A stretch of DNA of 64,000 nucleotides from Myxococcales bacterium (GTDB taxonomy: Bacteria; Desulfobacterota; Binatia; HRBIN30). The stretch is from positions 96,001 to 160,000 of the forward strand of contig JBBILD010000003.1 of assembly GCA_037445065.1 (NCBI GenBank), given 5' to 3'. Below the pieces are notes generated by a model. That model saw only the letters and a program-made list of their open reading frames with translations. It made no database searches and was not told the origin of the DNA. Positions 9,494 to 18,259 of the stretch are shown here, piece by piece. A program made the translations under genes and the position numbers. The first letter of the stretch is position 1. Each line of letters opens with the position of its first letter.

Positions 9494-10518
9494 CCCTCCT
9501 CGCCGAGCAATTGCAGCAATTCCCACTCGGTCTCTGCGGTGCGCCGCCCAATGGTGGCGAGTTCGACGTTGTTGCTGGTTCCGTCCAGAAAGCCCCTTGC
9601 CTGCAAAATGGTGATGATGCCCCATTTGAGATTTCCCAACACTTCCCAATAGCGTACGCGACGGGGATCGACAGGGTGGCCGCTGGCGCGCTCGTAGGCC
9701 CGGTAGAACTCTTCACGCTGCGCGAGCCCGGCAACGGGCAGCGTATCTTGCCCGAACCGCCAGGAGCGCACGCAAAGCCAGCCTAGATCTTCCATCGGGT
9801 CTCCGATGTGCGCCAGCTCCCAGTCGAGGACCGCGCGTAAGCCGTCTTGGCCGACCAGCACGTTGCCGAGGCGGAAGTCCCCGTGCACAAGCGTTCGGCG
9901 GTCCTCGTACACGGCGTGTTCCCGGAGCCAGCAAAACGCTAGCTCGAAGGCAGGATGCGGGTCGGGCGTCACCGCCCGGTACAAGTGCTCGAACCGTTCG
10001 AGTTCGAACAACGCCGCTGGTTGTTCGGCGGCAGGGCAGGGCAGGAAGTCAAGGCGGCGCGCTTGCCAATCCACCGCATGGATGCGGGCCAAGGCCTGCG
10101 CGAGTTGGTCGGGTAGCGCTTTGCGTGCTGCTTCGTAGCTTTCCTCCCGCAGGAGCCGGCGCGGAACCGTTTCCCCTTCGAGCCACTCCATGAAAAACCC
10201 CGGCGTGCCGAACGCGCTTCCATCGGAAGCGAGCCAAAAAACGCGCGGCACAGGCACGCCGCAATCGCGCACCACCTCGAGCAGGCGATACTCATCCCGT
10301 CGCTGACCTGGCAGATGGGAGCCCGGTGGATCGCAGCGCAGGACCAGTTTGTGCGGCAACTCGCGCGCGCTGGCCGGGTCGAGCGCAATCACCCAAGTTT
10401 GTCGAGACGCTCCTCCAGGAAGGCGCTCAGCGCGCTCGATCCTTACGCCCGGGCACCGGGAGCAGTGCGCGATCCATTGCTCGAGTCTGCGCTCGAAGTC
10501 TGTTTGCTCCGCGCTCAC
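9490..10518 (-). CDS. APH-family phosphotransferase (LvaA / ACAD10-11 kinase-like)
   Basis: LPGGASRQTW, VPVPRV, LVHGDFRLGN, VLDWELAHIGDPMEDLGW; start GTG ~10518 estimated. Confidence 0.88.
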   Translation of the reverse strand: MSAEQTDFERRLEQWIAHCSRCPGVRIERAERLPGGASRQTWVIALDPASARELPHKLVLRCDPPGSHLPGQRRDEYRLLEVVRDCGVPVPRVFWLASDGSAFGTPGFFMEWLEGETVPRRLLREESYEAARKALPDQLAQALARIHAVDWQARRLDFLPCPAAEQPAALFELERFEHLYRAVTPDPHPAFELAFCWLREHAVYEDRRTLVHGDFRLGNVLVGQDGLRAVLDWELAHIGDPMEDLGWLCVRSWRFGQDTLPVAGLAQREEFYRAYERASGHPVDPRRVRYWEVLGNLKWGIITILQARGFLDGTSNNVELATIGRRTAETEWELLQLLGEEG

Positions 10519-10940
10519 AAACGGGCGTGCATAGCAGGCCGCAGGGAAAGTGCATCGAGGCGAGATGCGACGTGGTGGCACGGGCCGTTGGGGCACTCCG
10601 GTGGGAGGGCGAGTGCCTGGTGACTCGCCGCGGAGCGCGCCCAGGGCGGGTCCGGTAGGCCGCTTAAACCTCGCGCCGGCAGGGTGGACAAACCCGGGCG
10701 TTTTGCACCTCTCGCACGTCTTCCGAGCCCGGGGACGCGGAGCGCATCGTAACCGAGATCGCCGCCTTTTCAGTCAAGCGGGTATCGCCGGCCCTCACGA
10801 CACGCTCGGGCCGGAAAAAGAGGAGTGGGTCGGGCTCGGACGCTGGTTCGTAGGGATTGCCGGTCGGGGCTCCGAAGTGCAATGCCCTCCGGGTCCAATG
10901 ATCCGTCGCTGGCGCGGGATGCGTTCGCTCGGCCGCCGGG

Positions 10941-12311
10941 TCAAACATAGGCCACCACAGCCGGCGGCCCTGGTTTAAAGGCGAAGCGGTAATTGGCAAG
11001 GTGGTATGCGGCACTCAGGTGTTTCCGGAAAAAGCCGCGGTCCATCTGCTCGATAAAGTCGGGCACGTAGTCGTCGGCGACAAACTGCACCGTACAGCCG
11101 CCGAAGCCCGCCCCGGTCAGACGCGGCCCCAGTGCGCCTGCTTGTTTGGCCACCCGCACCAGATCTTCGAGCGCCGGACAACTGATCTCGTAATCGTCGC
11201 GGCAACTGCGGTGCGAGTCCTCCATGAGTTCGCCCACGCGCCGCACGTCGGCCGCGTGCAGGGCCTGTTCCGCGAGTTCCACCCGCGCCGCCTCGCTCAA
11301 CACGTGGCGCAGCCGGCGGACCGGCCAAAGTGGGTCTTCGGGCTGAATTTCGAAATGGCCGAGCGGCTTTATGTCCGCCTTGCTCACCTTTAGGCGGCGG
11401 GCCAAGTCAGCAATCGAAACGGGTTCCTCCGGAATCACGCTGCGCAACGCGTCGAGTAGCTCTTCTGCCGTGCTTTGCGGGCGGTAGCGAAAAAGGTCGG
11501 CCACCCGGTAAATGGGCACGCTCTGCAAGCCGAGTACTTCTTGCAGTACCAGGGTGGCCACGTTGCACTCTGCCACTCGGCGATTGTACGCCTCACGCGC
11601 TCCCGCCGCTTTACGCGCAGGCACCAGGCTATGGCACACCACAATTGAATATCCCGGTGGGAGCGGGACCAGGCGGGTGCGCAGCGGAAAGAAATCAATG
11701 CGTAGCGCGTGGTTCTCGCGCCCCAACAGGCAAATGGCTTGATCCATGCCACCGCTGAGGGTGCCGACAAAGCGTTCCGCCACTGCCATTTCTTCGGCCA
11801 GGCGCTCCGCGTTCCAATCCCCCCGCTGGGCGGCGATCAACGCGAGCGCCGACGCCACCACCAGGGCAGAGGAGGAAGCCAAACCGGCGCCCCACGGGAT
11901 GTTGCCGTCCACTAGCAGCCGTGCGCCCGCAATCAGTGGACGAATGCGAAGCACGCCCACCACGGCCGCACGCACATAGTTGCTCCAATCACCCAGCGGG
12001 GCAGGGGAGAGCTGCGGATCGAGCGGAAAGCGATGGGGAGGGAAGCGCTCATCGAGATTCTTCAGGATCACCTCGCCGTACCCGAGGCTCGCGCCTGCGA
12101 TCAGCACGCTCCTGCGCAGGGTCACGGGCAAGACCGGAAACCCGTTGTAGTCGGTGTGCTCCCCGATCAGGTTGACCCGCCCGGGGGCACGCACGATGAA
12201 CTGGGTGCCGCGTCGGTGGCGAGCGAAGAAGTAGCCATTGAGGCGGCTGGCGCGATCGTGTTCCTCTGCGGGGAGCGGATCATAGTTGGTGGCTCGCTTG
12301 AGCGTATCCAT
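10941..12311 (-). CDS. galK: Galactokinase / GHMP sugar-1-kinase
   Basis: RAPGRVNLIGEHTDYNG, PWGAGLASSSA, GGMDQ, RLTGAGFGGC; start MDTLKR at 12311. Confidence 0.88.
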   Translation of the reverse strand: MDTLKRATNYDPLPAEEHDRASRLNGYFFARHRRGTQFIVRAPGRVNLIGEHTDYNGFPVLPVTLRRSVLIAGASLGYGEVILKNLDERFPPHRFPLDPQLSPAPLGDWSNYVRAAVVGVLRIRPLIAGARLLVDGNIPWGAGLASSSALVVASALALIAAQRGDWNAERLAEEMAVAERFVGTLSGGMDQAICLLGRENHALRIDFFPLRTRLVPLPPGYSIVVCHSLVPARKAAGAREAYNRRVAECNVATLVLQEVLGLQSVPIYRVADLFRYRPQSTAEELLDALRSVIPEEPVSIADLARRLKVSKADIKPLGHFEIQPEDPLWPVRRLRHVLSEAARVELAEQALHAADVRRVGELMEDSHRSCRDDYEISCPALEDLVRVAKQAGALGPRLTGAGFGGCTVQFVADDYVPDFIEQMDRGFFRKHLSAAYHLANYRFAFKPGPPAVVAYV

Positions 12312-12327
12312 ACGCTGCCTGGTGTGG

Positions 12328-13062
12328 TTACCCCGCTCGGTCACTGGGGTCAAACGCCACTTCTGCTTCTGCCAGGGCCTCGGGCGTGCCGAGGTCGCTC
12401 CAAAAGCCCTGGATGGCGCAGGCTCGCACCTCGTGCCCGGCGCCAATCATCTGCTGCACCGCTTGTGGCAGCTCCTTTTCTCCGCGAACCGAGGGCGCAA
12501 CCTCGCGCGCGTAGTCGAATATCAAAGGCCGGTAAATACCGAGCCCGGCGTTGTTCCAACGGGTGGTGGAGGTTCCCGGCGCAGGCTTCTCGACAATGCG
12601 CTCGACTCGACCGTCTTCTGCCAGGTAAACCGCAGCCCCCGCACAGGGGTCTTCCACCTCGTTTACCGCGATCCATCCGGTACAGGGCAGAGCTTCGAAG
12701 CGCTCGCGGAGTCGGCAGTAGTTGTAACTGCTGGTTACCACGTCCCCCCAGGAGAGAAAGATCTCCTGGGTTTTGATGTGCGGCTCAGCCAGGAGCAGTG
12801 CGGCGGCCGTACCTTCCGGATGCTGCTGCCACACATAGTCAAGGCGTAAGCCAAGCTCCCTACCGGTGCCGAAGCGGCCCACGATCTGTTCGCCGAGGTA
12901 TCCGACGACAATCACTACGGTTTCCACACCCGCACTGGCCAAGCCGCGAAGCACATGGGCTAGAATAGGTTCCCCACGCAAGGGTAACAGTGGCTTGGGA
13001 GTGCTGGCGGTAAGGACCCCCATGCGGCTGCCGCGCCCTGCTGCCAGAACCACACCGATCAC
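12328..13062 (-). CDS. Sugar-phosphate nucleotidyltransferase (NTP_transferase family)
   Basis: VVLAAGRGSRMG, PKPLLP, EKP, RGEKELP, WSDLGTPE. Confidence 0.9.
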   Translation of the reverse strand: MIGVVLAAGRGSRMGVLTASTPKPLLPLRGEPILAHVLRGLASAGVETVVIVVGYLGEQIVGRFGTGRELGLRLDYVWQQHPEGTAAALLLAEPHIKTQEIFLSWGDVVTSSYNYCRLRERFEALPCTGWIAVNEVEDPCAGAAVYLAEDGRVERIVEKPAPGTSTTRWNNAGLGIYRPLIFDYAREVAPSVRGEKELPQAVQQMIGAGHEVRACAIQGFWSDLGTPEALAEAEVAFDPSDRAG

Positions 13063-13138
13063 GGTAGCAGAGGAAATAGAACGATCCGCCGCGGGTACGG
13101 AACCGGCGACGCTGAGAATGACACCGCGGGAAGGCGCC

Positions 13139-14089
13139 TCAGCCGTGCGGCCCAGGGCGCCGCGGTGGGCGAGTTGGCCGTGGCGGCCTCGGCGCTCGTA
13201 CGGGCCGGCGGATGGTTGGGGTGGGCGTTCGTGTCGGAGCTAACGTGGGGGTGTTGGTCGGAGGAGCGGCTGAGCGTGTCGGGGTTGCGGCCACCGGAGG
13301 TTGCGTTGGCTGATCCGGGCACAAGCCAGGAACACTGGGTGGCATGTTGCCGACACGCGCAGGTACCGAAATGCTCACCACACCGGCGTTGGACTGCAAG
13401 TCATCCCGTTCCTCGAGCAAGATACGATTGGGGTTCGCCACGTTCACCAAGAAGTATTGCCCAGGAGGCACACCGCCGTCGGTCCGGCACAGGTCCAATT
13501 CGATGAACTGATCCGGGTAAAAATCGTCGTACACGTCTGCCCAACCAGGAGAAATCCCTTGCACTCCCTCCTGTACGCCACAATTGGCGAATACCTGTCG
13601 CTGCGGAAACGGCGCGCGCAGCGGCTCGATGTCAATCAGACAAAACGACACTTTGGGGGCTCGCGCGACGATGGGGCCGGTGAACGGATCGTCCCTACGC
13701 AGCTGGTACTCGGCAAAGTCGTTGACGTGGAAATGGTTGTGGCTCTTGTGGAACTCGAACGTGCCAGCGTCGTGTGTGCACTCCGTGCCGTCCGACCGCC
13801 GCACGATTTGCGTGGCGCGGGTGACCGGACCCGACGGAGTTTGCTCAGTTTTCCCTTGTACAATCAGCGGTCCTTGACCCAAGTTCGCGATCTTGGTGGT
13901 AAAGTAGAGTCGGCGTACCCCCTGCCGCTCCACCACTCGGGCACGCAGCGGCGGGAGGGCTTGCAAATCGGGTTTGAGCAAGCGCGGATCGTTCGGATCG
14001 CAGGGTTCCGCCAGTGCCGTGGTGCCCACGGCACTCACCGAAGCGAGCCAAAGACATCCGAAAAGCCCCACCCGAACCAAACCTCTCAT
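13139..14089 (-). CDS. Secreted lysyl oxidase-family (Cu/LTQ) protein with Pro/Thr/Arg-rich tail
   Basis: Signal peptide from MRGLVRVG (RBS AAGGAG); PDL, IANLG, FHKSHNHFH, KVSFCLID, QGISPGWADVY, PGQY, NPNRILLE match LOX domain motifs. Confidence 0.85.
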   Translation of the reverse strand: MRGLVRVGLFGCLWLASVSAVGTTALAEPCDPNDPRLLKPDLQALPPLRARVVERQGVRRLYFTTKIANLGQGPLIVQGKTEQTPSGPVTRATQIVRRSDGTECTHDAGTFEFHKSHNHFHVNDFAEYQLRRDDPFTGPIVARAPKVSFCLIDIEPLRAPFPQRQVFANCGVQEGVQGISPGWADVYDDFYPDQFIELDLCRTDGGVPPGQYFLVNVANPNRILLEERDDLQSNAGVVSISVPARVGNMPPSVPGLCPDQPTQPPVAATPTRSAAPPTNTPTLAPTRTPTPTIRRPVRAPRPPRPTRPPRRPGPHG

Positions 14090-14305
14090 GCTGTTTCTCT
14101 CCTTGCCGTTGATCTGCACTCGCGCCGTGACGAAGCAGGGAGTGTATCCCATGACACGCCGGGTTTGGCAAGACCAATTCGCCACCCGTGCTCATTTTCG
14201 CCGCGCAAGGCGGAGCAGGCGGTCGATGCCGCCCGCCGCGCGGTGGTAGGGATCGCCTTCCGTGGTCTCGACACGGGGTAAGCCTGCGGGCATAAACACG
14301 CTGCC

Positions 14306-14959
14306 ATGGACAAGTTCCTATCGCTGACCTCGGAGCTGTACCGGTACCTAGTCGGGCACTGCTCGCCCAGGCCACCGGTGTTGGACGAGCTGGCGCGCGA
14401 AACGCAAGCCCTCGGTAGCATCAGCATCATGCAAATTGCTCCGGAGCAGGGCGCGCTGCTGACTTTGCTCGTGCGCGTGGCGAACGTGCGCAGCGCCGTC
14501 GAGGTGGGTACGTTCACCGGTTACAGCTCCCTTTGCATCGCGCTGGGGTTACCGCTGGAGGGCCGGTTGCTGTGCTGTGACGTGAATGCGGAGTGGACTA
14601 CGATTGCGCGTCGCTATTGGGAAAAAGCTGGAGTTGCGAATCGCATCGAGCTCCGTCTCGCTCCGGCGCTGGACACCCTTCGCACCCTACCAAAGAGTCC
14701 CTCGATCGATTTCTCGTTTATTGATGCGGATAAGGCCAATTACCGCGCGTACTACGAGGAACTCTTGCCCCGCACGCGGCAAAACGGGCTGATCGTGTTC
14801 GACAACGTGCTGTGGGGAGGTACCGTGGTCGACCCCGTACAGCGGGGCGAAGAAGTGGAGGCACTGCGCCAACTCAACGATTGGCTCGCGCAAGACCCGC
14901 GTGTCGAGGTGGTGATGCTGCCCATTGCGGACGGTCTTACACTGGCACGCAAAAAGTGA
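14306..14959 (+). CDS. Caffeoyl-CoA-type O-methyltransferase (Methyltransf_3)
   Basis: MQIAPEQG, EVGTFTGYSSL, FIDADKANY, DNVLWGG, PIADGLT. Confidence 0.92.
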   Translation: MDKFLSLTSELYRYLVGHCSPRPPVLDELARETQALGSISIMQIAPEQGALLTLLVRVANVRSAVEVGTFTGYSSLCIALGLPLEGRLLCCDVNAEWTTIARRYWEKAGVANRIELRLAPALDTLRTLPKSPSIDFSFIDADKANYRAYYEELLPRTRQNGLIVFDNVLWGGTVVDPVQRGEEVEALRQLNDWLAQDPRVEVVMLPIADGLTLARKK

Positions 14960-15043
14960 CACCGCGAGTCTGTGGCCCGCGTCGAAGGGACTCGCACTTG
15001 AAAAGCCGTAGGGAGTCGTGTTCGTATCCGGGCGGAAGAGCAT

Positions 15044-15943
15044 ATGCGCAGCTTGGTGATTGGAGCATCGGGATTCGTGGGAGAAACGCTGTACCGCCAG
15101 GCCCTGCCGGAGGCTGTGGGTACGTACTGCTCCCATGCTGCTCCAAATCTGTGGCCGCTCGACATCCGCGACGCGCAGGCGGTGGCCCGGGTGCTGCGCG
15201 AGGCCGGTTGCGAAGTCGTTTTCCTCCCCGCCGCCCAGCCGCATGTGGACTGGTGCGAAGAGCACCCTCAGGAGTCGGCCGCCGTCAATGTCGAGGGAAC
15301 CCACACCGTGGCCCGGGTTGCTGCGGAACTGGGTATGCGCCTCGTGTTTTTTTCGACCGACTATGTCTTCGATGGTGCTGCAGGACCGTACCGGGAGGAC
15401 GCTGTGCCGAACCCGATCAACGAGTACGGTCGGCAGAAACGTGCGGCCGAAGAGGGTGTACTCGCGGCGAGCGAGGACCATTTGGTGGTGCGGGTGTGCG
15501 GGGTATACGGATACGAGGCGGCAGGAAAAAACTTTGTCATGAGCTTCGTGCGGCGTGCACGTGCTGGGGAACGTCTGCGGGTGCCATCGGATCAGTGGGG
15601 CAACCCCAGCTACGTTGAGGACGTGGCGGCGGCCGTGCGCGCACTCGCCGCTGCCGGTCAGCGCGGGGTGTGGCACGTGGCAGCTCGCGACTACCTGTCC
15701 CGCGCCGATTTCGCTCGTTGCATTTGTAGAGAGTTCGGGGTTCCCGAGGAGGCCTTCGAAGCGGTATCGAGCGAAGCGTTGCAGCAGCGCGCTCCGCGTC
15801 CCAAGCGTGCGGGGCTGGATGCCACGCGGCTCCGCAGGGAGCTGGGGGTGCGGCTGCGCGGCGTCGGGGAAGGTTTGAGGGAGGCACGCGAGCGCTGGGA
15901 GGCGGCAGAACTCTCGGCCGCGAGGGAGGCGCAGCCGGGATGA
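15044..15943 (+). CDS. rmlD: dTDP-4-dehydrorhamnose reductase-like SDR
   Basis: GASGFVG, VDWCE, STDYVFDG, PNPINEYGRQK, DQWGNPSY, APRP. Confidence 0.8.
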   Translation: MRSLVIGASGFVGETLYRQALPEAVGTYCSHAAPNLWPLDIRDAQAVARVLREAGCEVVFLPAAQPHVDWCEEHPQESAAVNVEGTHTVARVAAELGMRLVFFSTDYVFDGAAGPYREDAVPNPINEYGRQKRAAEEGVLAASEDHLVVRVCGVYGYEAAGKNFVMSFVRRARAGERLRVPSDQWGNPSYVEDVAAAVRALAAAGQRGVWHVAARDYLSRADFARCICREFGVPEEAFEAVSSEALQQRAPRPKRAGLDATRLRRELGVRLRGVGEGLREARERWEAAELSAAREAQPG

Positions 15944-16389
15944 TTCGCGATGTACGTTTGATCGAACTCAAGGCACGGGTGGATGACCGGGGCTACTTGG
16001 TCAAGATGTTGCGCGCGGACGACCCGCACTTCGTCAAGTTCGGCGAAGTCTACATCGTCGGGGATTTTGCGCGCGGCACGGTACGTGCCTGGCACAAGCA
16101 CCGCGTACTGTGGGACTATTTCCACATCAGTGTGGGAGCTGCCAAGTTTGCCCTGCGTGACGACCGGCCTGACAGCCCCACGTACGGCGAACTAAACGAG
16201 TTTGTGTTGAGCGCTCGCAATCCGTCTACGTTGGTCGTGCCGCCGGGGGTGTTTCACGGTTGGGTGGCGTTAGAGGATGGAACCCAATTGGTCAGCGTGG
16301 CGAGTGAACTCTACGACCCGGAGCAGCCAGACGAAGAACGGGTCCCCTGGAACTCGTTCGGGTACGACTGGTCCGTGCGTTTCCGTTAG
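15940..16389 (+). CDS. rmlC: dTDP-4-dehydrorhamnose 3,5-epimerase-like cupin
   Basis: DDRGY, VRAWHKH, DDRPDSPTYG, VPPGVFHG; ATGA overlap with the rmlD-like gene. Confidence 0.8.
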   Translation: MIRDVRLIELKARVDDRGYLVKMLRADDPHFVKFGEVYIVGDFARGTVRAWHKHRVLWDYFHISVGAAKFALRDDRPDSPTYGELNEFVLSARNPSTLVVPPGVFHGWVALEDGTQLVSVASELYDPEQPDEERVPWNSFGYDWSVRFR

Positions 16390-16400
16390 GAGCTTCGGTA

Positions 16401-17114
16401 GTGTCGGCAACGATCGTCATTCCCACGTATAACGAGCGCGAAAACGTGCAGCGCTTGGTACCAGCGTTGTTGAACGGGCGTGAGGGCGTCCGTGTGTTGG
16501 TGGTGGACGACAACTCGCCCGACGGCACGGCCGAGGTGGTGCGTACGCTGGGGCGTAACGAGCCACGTGTGCAGGTACTGGTGCGGCAGGAAAAAAACGG
16601 CATCGGTCCCGCTTACCTGGCTGGTTTTGAACACGCCTTGTCCACGGGTGCGCGCCTGATTGTGCAAATGGATGCCGATTTTTCGCACCCCGTCGAAATG
16701 GTTCCGGAGCTTCTCAGCGCGGCTGCCGATTACGATCTCGTGCTCGGATCTCGGTATACCAAGGGCATTACTGTCGTGAACTGGCCAATGAGCCGGCTTT
16801 TGCTCAGCTACTATGGCAACGCGTACGCCCGGTGGGTGACCGGCCTGCCGGTGGCGGATGTGACCGGCGGCTTCAAGTGCTGGCGGCGGGAGATTCTCGA
16901 GCGCATTCCCCTGCGCGAGGTACGCTCCAACGGCTATGCGTTCCAAATCGAGATGACCTTCCGCGCGTGGCGGCTCGGGGCACGCATTCGGGAAATCCCG
17001 ATTTTGTTTGCTGACCGCACCGTCGGCGATTCGAAAATGAACAAGCGCATCGCTCTCGAAGCGTTGTGGATCGTGTGGTGGCTGCGCTGGCAACAACTGC
17101 GGGGCAAGGTGTGA
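16401..17114 (+). CDS. Polyprenol monophosphomannose synthase (Ppm1/DPM1-like GT2)
   Basis: IPTYNERENV, VVDDNSPDGT, QMDADFSH, GSRY, DVTGGFKC, SNGYAFQIEM, GDSKM. Confidence 0.92.
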   Translation: MSATIVIPTYNERENVQRLVPALLNGREGVRVLVVDDNSPDGTAEVVRTLGRNEPRVQVLVRQEKNGIGPAYLAGFEHALSTGARLIVQMDADFSHPVEMVPELLSAAADYDLVLGSRYTKGITVVNWPMSRLLLSYYGNAYARWVTGLPVADVTGGFKCWRREILERIPLREVRSNGYAFQIEMTFRAWRLGARIREIPILFADRTVGDSKMNKRIALEALWIVWWLRWQQLRGKV

Positions 17115-17127
17115 GTCGCACCGGGCC

Positions 17128-18246
17128 ATGGGTCGCAAACTGCTCATCCTGAACGAGCGGGATCTCAAGCACCCGTGGGCTGGAGGCGCCGAACTCCACA
17201 TCCACGAAATGGCCCGCTGGTTTGTGGCGCAGGGCTACCGGCCCGTGTTGTTGTGCACCCGCCACGCTCGGGGCGCCGCGGAAGAAGTCACCGAGCACGG
17301 GCTCCGCATCCGCCGTTTTGGCAACCGGCTTACCTACTACCTGCAATTGCCGCAGATGGTCCGCGAGGAGGCTCGGGAACCAGGTACCGTGATCCTCGAG
17401 CACTTGAACAAGATCCCTTTTTGTACCCCGCTTTACAGCAGGGCGCCGGTGGTGTTGGTCACGCATCACTTGTTCGGTGCCACCGCGTTTGCGCAGGCTG
17501 CCTTTCCGGTGGCAGCAGCCGTGTTTTTGGCCGAGCGCCTCATTCCTCATGTATACCGGGGCCGCCCCTTCATCGCAGTTTCGCCGAGTACCCGTGACGA
17601 CCTGATCGCCCGCGGTATCCCTGCGGAGTCGATCTCGGTGATTCCGAACGGACTGAATCACGATCTCTATTATGCGGGCGGAAGGAGCCCAGCCGAGTGC
17701 CCCACGATTTTGGTGCTGGGGCGGGTGGAATTTTACAAGCGGATCGACCTCGTGCTGCACGCACTGGTGCGGGTCCATCGCGCCTTACCTTCGGCTCGCG
17801 TGCTTGTGGTGGGGGACGGACGGGCACGCGAGCGCCTGGAGAAGCTCAGCCAGCGCCTCGGTCTCGAACCGTACGTGCGCTTTACGGGCTTTGTGCCCGA
17901 TCGGGAGAAGGTGGAACTCATCCGCAGCGCGCATGTGGTAGCCAACACGTCGGAGAAGGAGGGCTGGGGCTTGACGGTTCTCGAGGCGAACGCCTGTGGC
18001 GTGCCCGCGGTGGCCAGCGACGTCCCGGGCCTGCGCGACGCTGTGCGTCACGAGGAGACGGGTTTGCTCGTCCCGCATGGGGACGTGGATCGTCTGGCCG
18101 AGGCGCTCCTGCGAGTCTTACAGGACTACCCCCTACGCGAACGGCTGAGCCGCGCCGCCGTTACCTGGGCGCAGAGCTTTTCCTGGGAGAGCGCCGCGCG
18201 GCAAACGCTCGCGCTGGTGGAGGCCGTTGCGGCACGGCGAGGCTGA
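17128..18246 (+). CDS. Glycosyltransferase family 4 (GT-B)
   Basis: HPWAGGAELH, AVSPST, IPNG, GRVEFYKR, EGWGLTVLEANACG, SDVPGL. Confidence 0.92.
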   Translation: MGRKLLILNERDLKHPWAGGAELHIHEMARWFVAQGYRPVLLCTRHARGAAEEVTEHGLRIRRFGNRLTYYLQLPQMVREEAREPGTVILEHLNKIPFCTPLYSRAPVVLVTHHLFGATAFAQAAFPVAAAVFLAERLIPHVYRGRPFIAVSPSTRDDLIARGIPAESISVIPNGLNHDLYYAGGRSPAECPTILVLGRVEFYKRIDLVLHALVRVHRALPSARVLVVGDGRARERLEKLSQRLGLEPYVRFTGFVPDREKVELIRSAHVVANTSEKEGWGLTVLEANACGVPAVASDVPGLRDAVRHEETGLLVPHGDVDRLAEALLRVLQDYPLRERLSRAAVTWAQSFSWESAARQTLALVEAVAARRG

Positions 18247-18259
18247 GGCGCAGCCACCG

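Noticed and set aside
10664..10948. Small ORF overlapping the galK stop
   Set aside because: No recognisable motif and Pro/Arg-rich composition typical of spurious frames; cannot support
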